Below the pieces are notes generated by a model that was not told the origin of the DNA, did no database searches, and saw only the letters and a list, made by a program, of their open reading frames with translations. A DNA stretch of 64,000 nucleotides from Octopus sinensis (taxonomy: Eukaryota). A program made the position numbers and the translations under genes. Each line of letters begins with the position of its first letter. Within the stretch, counting starts at the first letter, position 1. The stretch lies in assembly GCF_006345805.1 (NCBI RefSeq), contig NC_042997.1, forward strand, positions 61,690,001-61,754,000. The letters are read 5' to 3'. Below, piece by piece: positions 49,822-62,545 of this stretch.

Positions 49822-50979
49822 ATAGCTTCTTCCGTCGAGGGGAGTGCCGGTGGCTGTTCTGACGACCAGTACAGGCAAGATCCCACCCCCCTCTGAACAG
49901 CACAATCACGAGCAACGGTGCCAACCATCACCATCAACAACAATATAGAAAACCCAGAAAATATAGCAAACCAAGAAATCACCACTAATGTTCCTGAAAA
50001 AAGAAGGAGGAAGAGAGATAAGAAAAAAAAGGATGATACTGACACCACAAACACGAACAGCTAATCTAGCGGCAACGGTTTCGCCTTGGCGGCAAAGCAA
50101 ACGAAAGAGATGTTGAATTTAACAACAAATGAAATACAAAATGCAAAGGGATTGTTAAGGAAGGAAACAATGTCTTCCTTAACACCCCTCGGGAATTAGT
50201 AAAGGAAACGAATCGAAAATCAGTAATACACAGAGTTTTAAACATCAAGAAGGAAAGAGTAGAAAGAGCCACCCAGAAACTGTTAGAAATGGCCATCAAA
50301 CCGATTTGGACCAACAAAACCTATGGGACAAGAGGAAAGCGCTTCGGCACGGTGGAAGTGCGTTTTGCAACTGAGAAGGAGGCAAGACAGCATTCCACTG
50401 TGCCACTAAAAACAGACGAATTCCTACTCGTGCCGACATACCTTGGTGGGCGCGTGAAAAAAATTAAAATTGGGGAGGTGCCCCTGAAATAAATACATGT
50501 TGGCTGGTGGCGGCTGTCCTTTTTTATATAGCGAACACCGCCAATATACTGGAGGTGCATAAATTGCACCAACAAAATTGGACGGGTCAGGGACTAGAGC
50601 TTCTTGTTCAAATTGAAAAAGGGGCCATAAATTCTATCCCCGACGCCATAAATTTACCAGACGGCACGAGACTGTACGTAACCGTAGAGGGCAGGCGGCT
50701 GAGGTGCTACTTTTGTGGGAACGACCAGCACCTCAAGGTCGACTGCCCCAAATACGAAAAAATGCGAAAAAAGCTGCAAGCGACAACAGAAGCGGGGGCA
50801 CCTCCAGTGCAGCAGCAGAAATCAAACACATCGCTATCAGTAACACTGACGCCGCCTCTAGCAGTCGCCAGGGCAACACTAATACCAACACCAACAACAC
50901 CGGACGGAGTAAGACCACCAGCCGAAGTAACTCAACCAGTCGGGCTATCACCACCACCACCACCAATACCAGCCGGAAT

Positions 50980-51010
<31 letters not shown>

Positions 51011-51562
51011 TATGAACACCCCACAAAAAAGTACAGCCAGAGAATATCCCCCCTTCTCGATCAAAACAACCCGGACTATTCGAGTATTGAGGTCGAGAAG
51101 GGGGAATGGCAAACAGTTCCCACTAAAAAGAGGAAAATAAGACAGTGGAAGAAAGAGGGAGAGGCGCAGAGAGGAGGAAATGCCCAACAGCAGCAACACA
51201 CACACGCACACAGCAACCAACAACACGCACTACCACCTCAAACACCGACACAAGCAGATTGCCCAAACACCACCAACCTCACAGCCATCGACACCGACAA
51301 CACAAACCTCGTTAAATATCTCTGGCAACACACAGACACCACAATGGAAGACATTCTCTTTCTAACATACAATGCACCACCACCACCACCACACATTAAA
51401 ATATTGAAATTAAAACATGGCACCTACAACCATCTAAAAAATAACTTTCCTGGTGCTGTCGGGTCTTTTCAAAAAATGTTTTCTAAAACAATCTACAAAA
51501 ACCTCGTAGAAACGCCCACAACAAAGACCAGGGGGACAATAGTAAGCAGAGCTCTTCTCTGA
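49822..51562 (+). pseudogene. Tx1 ORF1 (gag-like, zinc knuckle), broken
   Basis: VRFATEKEAR..PTYLGGRVKKIKIGEVP; LYVTVEGRRLRCYFCGNDQHLKVDCP; Pro/Thr-rich tail. The start is approximate. Confidence 0.75.
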
Positions 51563-51575
51563 ATTTATTTTTACA

Positions 51576-54500
51576 ATGGTCATTGTAAGAGGTTGTGTAA
51601 ATCTCAGGGGCCTCAGGTCGCTTTGCAAACAAGATCACCTTTTAAATGACATGAGGTCCCTTAGTGTAGATGTTGCAGCCATTAGTGAATCCAGACTATC
51701 CGACCCACGGGACCGCATCACCTTTTTCGGTGGATACGAGTTTTTCTATCTCCGTATCGGCCGGGAGGGGACGGTGGTGGTACTGTGGTGTTTTTTCCGG
51801 AAGGGTCTGGATTTGAAAATAAAGGCAGTCTTCCGGGATCCTGAAGGTAAGTTGGTGGTCCTAGATGTGAACAGCGGTGACGGCGGTGCTTTCAGACTGG
51901 TGGCTGTCTATGCTCCGACTGGGGCAGGGCGGTCTGATTACTTCAAGCTTCTGGAGTATTTCCTGGGAACGTCTCGGACTTTAGTATTAGTAGTGGATTG
52001 CAATACTCTCTTAGATGGACGTTTCGATTGCGTGGGAGTACCTGATAGGAAAGTGAAGTGCAAAAGCCTCAAACACTTGCTCACATGTTTTCACTTGTCT
52101 GACGGGTACCGACTAGATTACCCGAATGTGTCAATGTGGACTTGGACAAACCGCTTCGGGTCATCTAGATCGTATCTAGATAGGGTATTTTGTAGGCCAG
52201 AGGATAAGGATAGCTTAGGGTGACCTCAATTTCACATAGTCGTCTACACAGACCACAAATTTGTGATTGTACGGTCGACTTAGATAGACTTCATAGACAG
52301 AGTCCCGGTTGCTGGAAGCTGAACACGTCGTCACCGGCGTGTCAAGATTAAAGAGACCGTAGTTAAGCGGGCGTTGACGGGGCTAACGTCAACAACAGCT
52401 GGTAGTTTGCTCTTAAAAGGGCAATTAGAGTAGAATGGGTTAGGCTCAGCAAGGCATTAGCGGTGGAGAGAAATAGAATAGAGGGAGATTTAGTTAGAAA
52501 GTTAGATGAGGCACTTAGGACAGGCATCGCAACTGAAGTGTTGGCAGCGAGATTGGCCCCCGACCAATTTTTCGACGCCAAACACGAAGGTTGCGTTGTC
52601 AGAGCTAAGGCACGCTCACTAAGCGGGGAGGGAACGAAAGCGTCGCGATGGGCCCGCGTGGCGGAGGCGAAAAGTGGCAATAAAGTCACCATTCGGCCAT
52701 TGGTGTACCAGAGCGAATGTTGGTGTTCGAGCTGAAACAGATGTGTGCGGCTTTTCAATAGCACTTTGCTCGACTGTTCGGGACGAATGGTGGGACGCTT
52801 CATACGAGCTTCAAACTGTCTGTCGTACGAGCTTCATACTTCGATGCCAGACTTGTTTGCGGGCTTCTTAGCAAACGTCTACTGCAATTGGCAGCAGAAT
52901 GGGAGAATTCCCACTTTTGTCTGTCGAGGGGCGGTAGTACTACTGAGAAAGGACCCAAACAATGAGACGTTATAAAGAATTTCAGTCCCACCATTCTGCT
53001 CAATGCGGTGTTGAAGATTTTGGCCAAGAGGCTGGTGCTTGTCGTGGACAAACTGGTTGGCGAAACGCAAACATGCGCTATCTTAACTAGGAATATTCAC
53101 GATAACCTCCATCTTATGTGCTACATCATAGAGAAGGGGGATTACGAAGCTGGTATGGGTGGGGGTCTGATCAATTTAGACCAATCTAAAGCCTTTGATA
53201 GGGTCGACCATCAATACTTGGCAGCTGTCCTCAGAGCAGCCGGTTTCGGTCCAGTTTTCCGCAGTTGAATCGCTGCTTTGTATAGCGGCATCTGCTAGGA
53301 TGTTCGGGTGAATGGTCACCTGTCAGAACTATTCAGCATCTTGCGTTCGGTCCTGCAAGGGTGCCCTCTATCCTCCCTTTTCTATATACTGACTCTTGAG
53401 CCATTACTGCGGAAGTTGCAGGCTTTGAGGGGTGTCCCGCGTGATCTAGGATATGGGAGAAGTTTGCTTACGTGATCTAGGATATGGGAGAAGTTTGCAT
53501 ATAGACCTGATTGGCGAAACACTACAGGTATATGAAACGGTGAGAGGAGCAAAACTTAACGCGGGAAAAACAGTGGGTTTGCAACCCGGCACCTGGAGAT
53601 TCAAGTCCATGCCGTCGAACAGCGTTGTGGGACCCTGGACAGACGATCCCGTTAAGTTGGTCCGGTTTGGTCCGGACATCCAGGTGGAGAAAAACTTGGA
53701 CGAGGTGACGAGCAGGGTAGCCAATCTTACCCAGAAATGGGCCGAGAGGAAGCTGTTCCTGAAAGATCGAGAGAAGGCGACGAATGCGTATATCGCATCC
53801 GTCATCTATTAGCGCTTGACTGTCGTTCCTTGCCCTGTTTACGGGTTGACCAAGGTGGTGCGCTTACTCTTCCGCCTCCGAATGGCGGGCTGGACATGCC
53901 GTGGTTACTGATGCGCAGACATGTGCTGCAGATGCATACATGCGGCATCTCCAGTGTTCCCTTGACAGTCAGCAGGTGTGGTCACTGTTTGTAAGAGACA
54001 CTTTTCCACAGCTCGTTTCTTTAACAATCGTGGATTAGGCGTAAACTGAGAAGGTACGCTTGGCACCTCGAGTGCCGTCAATTCCTCACAGCCGGGCGGT
54101 CACTGCGGTCGGTGTTAGTTACATTCTAGAGTTCTGTTGAGGGCTAGTGGAGGGAAAGTTCGACGACGTTCTCGGGAAATACTGGGTGCCGATAAAGATC
54201 AACTAACCAGTCTGTTTCGGAGAACTTTTTGGCTTGTGCCTATGGATAACTTCAAGAAATCCCTTGCCTGGTAGTGCTACCGAGGGACGCAACCTGTTCG
54301 GGATATACTTTACACGCCTGAGGTATGCCCAGAACGATCAAACCGTTCTGCACGCCCCAGTCCAGTACCCGAGTATTGCTGACCTGTGGGTTTATGTTGA
54401 ACACCTGCTGTCGCGTGTGTGACGTATCCGGCTATCAGCTGAATCCATTGTGAAAATTGCCCTGCCGTCCTCTTTTGGCGAAAAAGGGCAGGCAATTTTT

Positions 54501-54710
54501 ATTTGTCTAGTGGCTGTAGCGAAAGAAGTAGTATGATGGATCCGTTTGAAAGGGCTAAAGACATACACTTTCCTCTTTGGCCCTCATCAACTTTTTCAAA
54601 TGAAACCTGAAAAGGAAGTTGAGGGTGGAGAGGGAGGTGTTGCCTTGTAGCAAGTTTGTTGAAAGGTGGGCGAATGTTGGAAGAATGGATAGTGTGAAAG
54701 GACCAATTCT
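51576..54710 (+). pseudogene. Tx1 ORF2 (APE endonuclease plus RT), multiply frameshifted
   Basis: CVNLRGL..DVAAISES..RLVAVYAP..WTW..SYLDRVF..TDHKFV; LKILAKRL..INLDQSKAFDRVDH; QGCPLSS. Confidence 0.88.
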
Positions 54711-54929
54711 TGTCCTGTTGTTCAGGCACCCGTGGTTTTTGTGGGGTTTTCCACGGGGATCGTTAAAGCACCTTCCCTATTGAGAGTTTTAAATTGTTTA
54801 ATTTTTAATCGTTATATATATTATTTACACGTTGTAAAACCCATTGTATCGTCCTGTTTTAGTCTTTTATGTTGCTGTATGTGTTCTAATGTAATTTTAT
54901 GTAAGTCTTTTGGGCCATAAACGAATTAA

Positions 54930-54946
54930 TTGTTATTGTTGTTGTT

Positions 54947-54993
<47 letters not shown>

Positions 54994-55014
54994 GTTGTTG
55001 TTGTTGTTGTTGTT
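54930..55014. repeat. (TTG)n microsatellite
   Basis: Direct reading. Confidence 0.95.
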
Positions 55015-55470
55015 GTACAACAGCTATTATATGCTAATCAGATTAGCAGAATGCTATCCTGGGATTTGGTAACAAGCATGGGTTTTGCAAAATACAAAAT
55101 GACGTTTTTCTGTAGATCGACAATACGTGTCTCCATTACAGAGTCCTCCTGCTAGTCATGTAGAAATTTGGGCTTTGTGTCAAGTGCACAGCTTATCGCA
55201 GGAATCATTTTTACCATTGTGCTTTGCAATATCTTCATCTGTCTAACCAAGTACTGATACTCTATTAGCATTTGGTGCAAAATGTACTCTTGTTTATATT
55301 ACTAATGGAGAGGTAATTCTCCACCACCTCCTGCGCCAAGAACACCAGATCACGTGATTTCAACATTCCTTGGTCTTGTCAAGGACGGCCGCTCTCCCCG
55401 TCAGCGATATATCACAAAAGCAGTGCTAGAACAGACGCAGATGCCGTGATTAGCCAGCGAGCGTGTTAAA

Positions 55471-55502
<32 letters not shown>

Positions 55503-55786
55503 CTTCAACAATTGAGGGTAAAATTAATTAATTAATCAATTTCACCAAGTATTCAGTATGCAAAGGGACCATTTAAGGCGAATTCAAATTATTACATTAT
55601 ATAAAAGGGCTTAGTAAAATAAATTACTTTGCCGCATACTGAACTCATTAGAAATAGCAGCCAAAGAAAACTTTTTTAAAACTATTTCTAATACTTAAAG
55701 AAAACCTCTCTCATATAGTGTTTGCTCAATTCAACTCACGCAAATATGGGGGTAGAGACATTAAAAAATCAAGTGCAAAGGTTATT

Positions 55787-55838
55787 TGAGAACGTACGTT
55801 TCAAGATTAGTCAACACGACATTTCTATCATCAGCTCA
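55787..55838 (-). ncRNA. Hammerhead ribozyme motif, left arm (mirror copy)
   Basis: Reverse complement of 55974-56025. Confidence 0.65.
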
Positions 55839-55973
55839 GAACTCCCTGGTTTGGATTTGAAAACACTGAAAGTGGGAGCATACCCTTTCGAAAGGGTATG
55901 CTCCCACTTTCAGTGGGAAGCCGAAAGGGTATGCTCCCACTTTCAGTGTTTTCAAATCCAAACCAGGGAGTTC

Positions 55974-56025
55974 TGAGCTGATGATAGAAATGTCGTGTTG
56001 ACTAATCTTGAAACGTACGTTCTCA
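55974..56025 (+). ncRNA. Hammerhead ribozyme motif, right arm
   Basis: Stem I tgag/ctca; CUGAUGA 55978-55984; weak stem II (aga/tct, gtc/gac); GAA; palindromic stem III acgtacgt; GUU cut after 56021. Confidence 0.65.
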
Positions 56026-56208
56026 AATAACCTTTGCACTTGATTTTTTAATGTCTCTACCCCCATATTTGCGTGAGTTGAATTGAGTAAACACTATATG
56101 AGAGAGGTTTTCTTTAAGTATTAGAAATAGTTGTAAAAAAGTTTTCTTTGGCTGCTATTTCTAATGAGTTCAGTATGCGGCAAAGTAATTTATTTTACTA
56201 AGCCCTTT

Positions 56209-56295
<87 letters not shown>

Positions 56296-56302
56296 ATATA
56301 TA

Positions 56303-56432
56303 TAAGCAACGGAGGCAGTATTAATGAGAGTTTCTCTCAAGTTGTCTACCGCCGTATAGTTTGTTCGGCCAGAATATCTACGCTTAAGGGATAAATATTA
56401 TCTCTCGGTATTAATACTGCCTCTGTCGCTTA
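56303..56432. mobile_element. ~130-bp MITE-like element
   Basis: taagcaacggaggcagtattaat / attaatactgcctctgtcgctta termini (two mismatches), TA context. Confidence 0.55.
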
Positions 56433-56439
56433 GATATAC

Positions 56440-57660
56440 TTTTCCATTACTTCTGAACCAAAGACCTAACTAGGTTTTAGATTTGAAGTACATACAATAT
56501 TTCAGTGCACTGTTTTATTGACACATTTCATACCTGAATTTATACTCATTTTGTTCTAGCTTACTGCACCCGCTTAGAAAATGTTTAATATTTTTATCCC
56601 TTTTTCCACATTTTCTATATTTGTTGAGTGACTTTCATCAATCTTTATCAAATCTGTGCCTTTATCAAATTCGTTCATGTGGTTTGTTCCTAAGTAGCTA
56701 TAATTAGCAATTCGTTTGCTCGTTTCGGGTTTCCATTTCTCTGCAACATTCATCGTCCTTCACTGCCAACATCCACAATTTGTTTCATGAATTAGTAATG
56801 TAGTTCCTTTTCTTTCCAGATACTTTTCTTATCGTTTTCCTTTCTATTCGTGAAATCTTTTATTGTTTCAGTGACTGCTTCAGTATTTCTGGACGCAGAT
56901 AAATGTCTTTCTTTACTATACACAACATAGCTTTTCAAACCTGGTTCCACTGATACTGATTTATTTATCTTTTTGTTGGTGTCTAGTATTTTTACCCGTC
57001 TTTGTATTAATGCGTACTTTTCCTTATCTCTTCTTCAGCATCCTGTAACTCTGTCTCATGTTCTTCTTATTATACTTCTTTTTGAGCTAATCCTTATGTC
57101 TTTCCTTCACCATCTTCATTTCAGTTATAGCATACATACTTCCATAACTATTTTTGACCTGCTTAATGTTTCTCCTATGGGTCTTTGACCTTTTCTTGTT
57201 GCCCTTCTTTTTTAACTTAAAGAATTTCAACAGCAACAGAGATTGATCGGGGTATTCCTAACATATTAAGTTATTTACATCTGTTGTATTTCAATTTTGA
57301 TTTCCGCTATAGTTTATTCAATTTCTTCTCAAATTTTTTGACTTTCGATTTCCTTCAAAGCTTGTTATCTCGTTCTAACTCTATTTTTCTTTTAATCATT
57401 TAAACGTTGAAATACTCTCCTTTCCTCTTCGGCTTTATCTTTTATTCCCATGAGGTAAAACGTACTCATTACTGTTTCTTTCTTCATGATCATTGACTGA
57501 GTTCTCTGTTAGCTCATGCTCAATTTCCTCTCCTGTGTAACCATATTCTTCGTCGTTCAGTGTTCTAACAATCCCTTCCAGTTCTAAGTGGAAAAGCCAT
57601 AATTTTCTCAGGATTTGATATTTTTCATCGAGAAGTATTTGTTCTTCAGCAGGGAATATT
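56440..57660 (-). mobile_element. Heavily deleted R4/Dong-like LINE remnant
   Basis: EQILLDEKYQILRKLWLFHLELE (N-terminal-like) and IKHFLSGCSKLEQK (CCHC-region-like). Confidence 0.5.
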
Positions 57661-58199
57661 CTCTCTTTCACTTTCACTTTCTCTCGCTCTCTCTCTCTCT
57701 CTCTCCCTCCCTCTCCCATTTTCTCGGGCTTACTTCATGACAATTCTGTAGTTTCTTTGAAACCACTTTCTCTTAATCCTTACAGCTGTAGATGAATAAC
57801 AGCCAAGTTCATTCGTCTGTACAAGGAAAAGCAATTGCTGTGCAAGAGGCACTCACCTGAAGATCCTGTGTCCTTAATACCGTTGTGGTATATGTGTGCG
57901 TGTGTGTGTGTGCGCGCACACACACACACACATACATACTTGCATGCATACAAACATATATACACACATACATACATACATACATACATACATACATACA
58001 TACATACATACATAATACATACATACATATATATATACACACACATACACACACACATATGGCGTTATACTCATAGTTAGGATTGTGATGAAAAGGTGAC
58101 CGCTGTTCATATCGAGAGGCTGCCAACAAAGAATAAAAAGGCACTTCTCACCCCATAAGATAGGCTTGATTTCGTCTGACGTCAGTCAGATACGTTATG

Positions 58200-58805
58200 A
58201 TTTCGAGGTGTATTGTTATCTGGCTTGACAGAATCATTACAACATTCATGACTTGTGGAGTTATGTCAAACAGCTGCTCTCATATATAGGACGAATCATA
58301 TATAGCCGACTCCATCGTAAATGTCACTCCGCCTGGAAGTGTAGACATATTTTCTCTGCCTGGTAGCTATGACGAAAGAAGTTATGTGGTAGACAAGATT
58401 GAAACTACTAAGGACTGACATTTTTCTTTTCGGTCAAACCATCATCGACTTTTTTTCAAGTTCCACTTAGAATGGAAAGTGAAGTTGGGGACTGAGTGTA
58501 CCCAGACCCTAGTAAATTTGTAAAGAGGTGGGTGAAAGCAGCAAGGATGGCCCGAACGAGTAGGCCTACTCTAAGTATGTGTCTGTCATCTGAAAAATAC
58601 GGAGAGTGAAGTACATGCCATAGTACTCTTGGTGATCAGGGTTAGTCGAGATTCCTAAGGTCAATTCGGGGTTGGGGTTTCCTAACTGGGAAATTTTGTT
58701 CTTATAATTCCATTGTTAACTGTTATCGTTTTTCTTGTTTGCGCGTGTTTATGTAATTCCCCACTATCTTTTGTCTTTGTATTGTTCTAAATGCTTCTAC
58801 GACCC
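58200..58805 (+). mobile_element. 3' fragment of a second Tx1-like family
   Basis: LWSYVKQLLSYIGR, TDIFLFGQTIID..FKFHLEWKVK, KFVKRWVKAARM parallel the C-terminus at 54380-54700. Confidence 0.7.
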
Positions 58806-58807
58806 TT

Positions 58808-58980
58808 ACAGCATTTCGTCCGTCTTTACATTCTGACTTCAAATTTCGCTGAGATCGACCTTATAGCTTTCATATTTTCGAGGTCTATAAAATAAGTACT
58901 AGTTGAGCACTGGGGTCGAAGTAATTGACTTAGCCCCCTTTCCCGAAATTGCTGGCCTTGATCCTGAATTTGAAATCATT
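58808..58980 (+). mobile_element. Meta-domain SINE, head-truncated
   Basis: catttcgtccgtctttacattctgacttcaaatt..aaataagtactagttgagcactggggtcga..ttgctggccttg. Confidence 0.8.
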
Positions 58981-59099
58981 ATTGTTGTTGTTATGGCCAA
59001 TTGTTTTTTTTTATATTGGCCTCACAGACTATACTTGTGATCTGCTCCGTTTTTGAGGGCGTTAGCTTGATAAATTTTGCGAATAGATTCTGATTATGG

Positions 59100-60285
59100 G
59101 CAGCAAAAATGAATCCCTCTATTTCTGTCTTCAACCCTGAACTCCGCAACCACTAACGGGTTTGTGATTGGTCAACATCAGCTCCTTGGGTGCGGAGTGG
59201 GTATTGGCCAAGGAGAGGTTACTGCAGCCATCTATCTTTCAAGGTCTGAAGTCTTGCTTTTGCTTTCATCCTATATATTTTGGTTGCCTTTCTTGATCTT
59301 TAGTCATCTTCGTTAGCGTTTTCTGTTTCTGCAATTTGTAACTCTACTCTCTATTCCCCAGCTTCTTTGTTTACAGAATGGATTCTGAGATTCATGTTGT
59401 CTCACTTATATCATCATCCAATCATTAGTCTTGCTTAAGTATTTCTTCAGACCGAATGCAACCGTTTTATACAAGAGTTCTAGTTGGATCAGTCCTATTC
59501 CACCTTCTTCCCTTGACAGTTAGAGGCGCTCTATATCTGCCCTGGATGGTGCATTTTATTGGAAATTGATAGTTTTCTAGTTTTTGTATCCATTATTTGT
59601 AGGTCAGTTAAATTCCCCTTGATTATATTAAAAACATATTGTACAACAAGAACTGCTAAAGCGTTAATAGCGTATGTTTGGTTCTTGGAGTTCAGTTTTC
59701 TGAACCAGCCTTACTTTTCCATTGTACTGCTTCTGAGTCTTCTTCATTTGTGTGTGTTGCATGCCATCACCCTCATTAACTCCAAGGTATTTATATGTTT
59801 CTCCTGAATCTAGTTCTTTTATGTTTGTATCTAAGTCAATATGAATAGATGATGATGCTAGTTTTTTTCCTATCAAAAGTTGCTTTTGCGCATTTATCGG
59901 GACCAAAATCCATACCGGTATTATTACTGAGCTCTTTTACTGTTGATAGAAGTCCTAATTCTTGGTCATCCCCAGCATACAACTTTAAATCGTCCACAAA
60001 AAAAGAGATGGTTGATCAGTCTATTGTTGTTACAACTAAGTTTATATCCATACATTATGTTGTTTAGTGTTTCAAAAGGGAAAGAATGCAATACAGAACA
60101 CGAGTAGTCAGAGGGAGTTATCTTGGAAAATTCTACAGTGTATTTTGATTTTGTTAGATTGCATGATTCCATTTCTATGGTTAAGAAAAGGAGATATTGA
60201 CTACTTCAGAGAACTACTTCGGAGAAAGTCTGAGGTAACTGGAGAGATATTGTATATATCAGGACCTTGTATATGTCTAGATTAT
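59100..60285 (-). mobile_element. R4/Dong RT fragment, old
   Basis: RIFQDNSL, INHLFFVDDLKLYAG, DKCAKAT, ETYKYLGV, GGIGLIQLE. Confidence 0.82.
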
Positions 60286-60295
60286 TATTATTATT

Positions 60296-60458
60296 ATACG
60301 AAACCCAACATACACATCATGACTACTTGTTTGATACTGGTATACTAGGCACATACATTACAACCATATGTGCACAAGATAAACAGCGCATGACCTTATA
60401 GGTGGGGATAAAATAAAGTTTGCTTAAGGATGTTGAACGAAACATATATGTTTCCAGA

Positions 60459-60460
<2 letters not shown>
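60296..60460. repeat. ~555-bp repeat, internally deleted copy 3
   Basis: catcatgactac..ggcacatacattacaaccatatgtgc..aagataaacagcgcatgacctt..aaggatgttgaacgaaac..tttccagag. Confidence 0.8.
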
Positions 60461-60529
<69 letters not shown>

Positions 60530-60540
60530 CATTATTATTA

Positions 60541-61741
60541 CTTTTTTTCTTCTCTCAAATTTGCTTCCATTTCTTGCCGAGTGTCTTCCCGACTCCTAGG
60601 GCAAAGAAACTCATAGTATACATTGGTAGGCCATTAAACCAAACTCAATAGTTCGTTTATTTTTTTTTTTTTAAGTTAAATTAAAATACATGAGCAGCAA
60701 CAGTTCTCACATCGACAATGCTCTTCTCAATACGTGTGATGTACCAGTTAAGACAATCTTTTGCACTTCTTGCAGGGATGGTAAGCCAGGGATCATTATC
60801 ATATAATTTTCGGTTCCCTTCTTGATCATTCCTAGTGCCCCTACGATCACTGGTATTGTAACCGCCTTGAGATGCCACATTTTCTCAATTTCAATGAGTA
60901 GGTCTTTATATTTTCTGAGCTTGTCAAACTCTTTCGCTGAGATATTATGATCACAGGGGATGCTCATGTCGATCAATAAGCAAACTTTATTGTTTTGGTC
61001 TTTCACAACAATGTCTGGTTTATTGGCCTTGATGGTTCGGTCTGTATGTACTGGAAAGTCCCACAGAATCGTTACATTTTCTCCTTCAGTTACAGCCTCA
61101 GGGTGGTGATTATACCACTTGTCGGCAGTTTTGATATTGTAATGCCGACTTATTAGCCAGTGTAGATATTGGCCAACTCTGTCATGTCTTAATTTATACT
61201 CCACTGGTGCTAAGACTTTACATCCAGAGATTAGGTGGTCCACTGTTTCAATCATGTCGTTGCAGAATCGGCATTTTGGGTCTGCTCCATTTTTCATCAC
61301 ATTGGCCTGGTAGTTCCGGGTTAATAGGCTTTGATCTTGAGCAGCCAGGATGAAACCTTCGCTCTCTGCTTTTAGCCCTGAGCTCCGTAGCCACTGATGG
61401 GTTTGCTTCTGGTCAACATCAGCTTGTTTGCTGCGGGCCACATATTTGCCGTGCAGAGGTTTCTCCTTCCACCTATCAGCCAATTGCTCGTGCGCTTTTT
61501 TCGTTGCCATTATTTTCACCTTCTTTGCAACAATAGTTGCCGTACTTCCCTCGGGTTGTTCAGTTTGGGTATCCTGCACGAGATCAATAACAAATTTTTT
61601 GCTTTCCTTTATGATAGAAGGAAGCTTCTTTCGTCTCTCGTGATTTTCCACGAGTTTTAGCATCCAGTCATTCATTATTTCAAGATATTTGGCCAGTCCA
61701 ATTGTGGTTGTTTTGTAAGCTAGTTCAAATTGGATCAGGCC
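60541..61741 (-). mobile_element. Young 5'-truncated Dong-type LINE inserted in (TAA)n
   Basis: Pure (AAT)n tracts on both sides and an uninterrupted frame. Confidence 0.93.
60707..61675 (-). CDS. Intact C-terminal ORF segment: CCHC finger plus REL endonuclease (322 aa)
   Basis: PLHGKY..SEGFILAAQDQSL..CRFCNDMIETVDHLISGC..YKLRHDRV..ILWDFPVHTD..NKPDIVV..LIDMSIP..KYKDL..VIVGALG..HVLRRAL. Confidence 0.9.
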   Translation of the reverse strand: MNDWMLKLVENHERRKKLPSIIKESKKFVIDLVQDTQTEQPEGSTATIVAKKVKIMATKKAHEQLADRWKEKPLHGKYVARSKQADVDQKQTHQWLRSSGLKAESEGFILAAQDQSLLTRNYQANVMKNGADPKCRFCNDMIETVDHLISGCKVLAPVEYKLRHDRVGQYLHWLISRHYNIKTADKWYNHHPEAVTEGENVTILWDFPVHTDRTIKANKPDIVVKDQNNKVCLLIDMSIPCDHNISAKEFDKLRKYKDLLIEIEKMWHLKAVTIPVIVGALGMIKKGTENYMIMIPGLPSLQEVQKIVLTGTSHVLRRALSM

Positions 61742-61842
<101 letters not shown>

Positions 61843-61857
61843 TTATTATTATTATTC

Positions 61858-62401
61858 AGTGAGAGAGCATTGCATGCCATCAAAGTGACACTGGGGTAAA
61901 ATATACGAAGCTCTGTATACCCATTATGACTACCCGTTTGATAAGGGTACATTAGGCACATGCATTACAACCATGTGTGCGCGATATGGTGATCTCATAT
62001 CAAGATAAACAGCACATGACCTTGCAGGTGGGGCCCAGTTAGAATTTTCTTCAGGTCGAGTAACTCATCCCGCTCAAAAGGTCCCTGAATAAGGGTTGTT
62101 TAAGGATGTTGAATGAAACACCCATGTTTCCAGAGGTGAATTACTCAAACCCCCCAAAGAATCCCTCTCAATACATGACTATGATGATCCCCCACTTAGT
62201 CTGCTCGGGATCAGAGATGCACATATCGTCAGCCACTAAGTGACATGCTCAACTGGTTACGGTCAAACAACTGACAAGCAAATCTGTGGTATTGAGCGGA
62301 ATATTTGCTGTAGCCCATCTTTTATACCAAGACAAAACAATGTACATGATGTCACTTCCAATCAGTTAAGATCAGAAGCCATGAGAGTCACTGCCTGGTA
62401 C
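61858..62401. repeat. ~555-bp interspersed repeat, copy 4
   Basis: Homology as above; TTA tracts on both sides. Confidence 0.9.
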
Positions 62402-62469
<68 letters not shown>

Positions 62470-62545
62470 GTTGTTGTTGTTGTTGTTGTTGTTGTCGTCG
62501 TCGTCGTCATTATTATTATTATTATTATTGAGATCGGACATTGAT

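Larger units (their letters stand above)
49596..54928 (+). mobile_element. Near full-length Tx1/L1-clade LINE, decayed
   Basis: 5' UTR, ORF1 with CCHC knuckle, APE endonuclease plus RT ORF2, 3' UTR running into (TTG)n. Confidence 0.92.
55596..56216. repeat. 621-bp near-perfect inverted repeat (two 294-bp arms, 33-bp spacer), PLE pLTR-like
   Basis: Arms 55596-55889 and 55923-56216 with two mismatches seen. The spacer is a 26-nt copy of the arm tip plus GGAAGCC. Confidence 0.95.
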
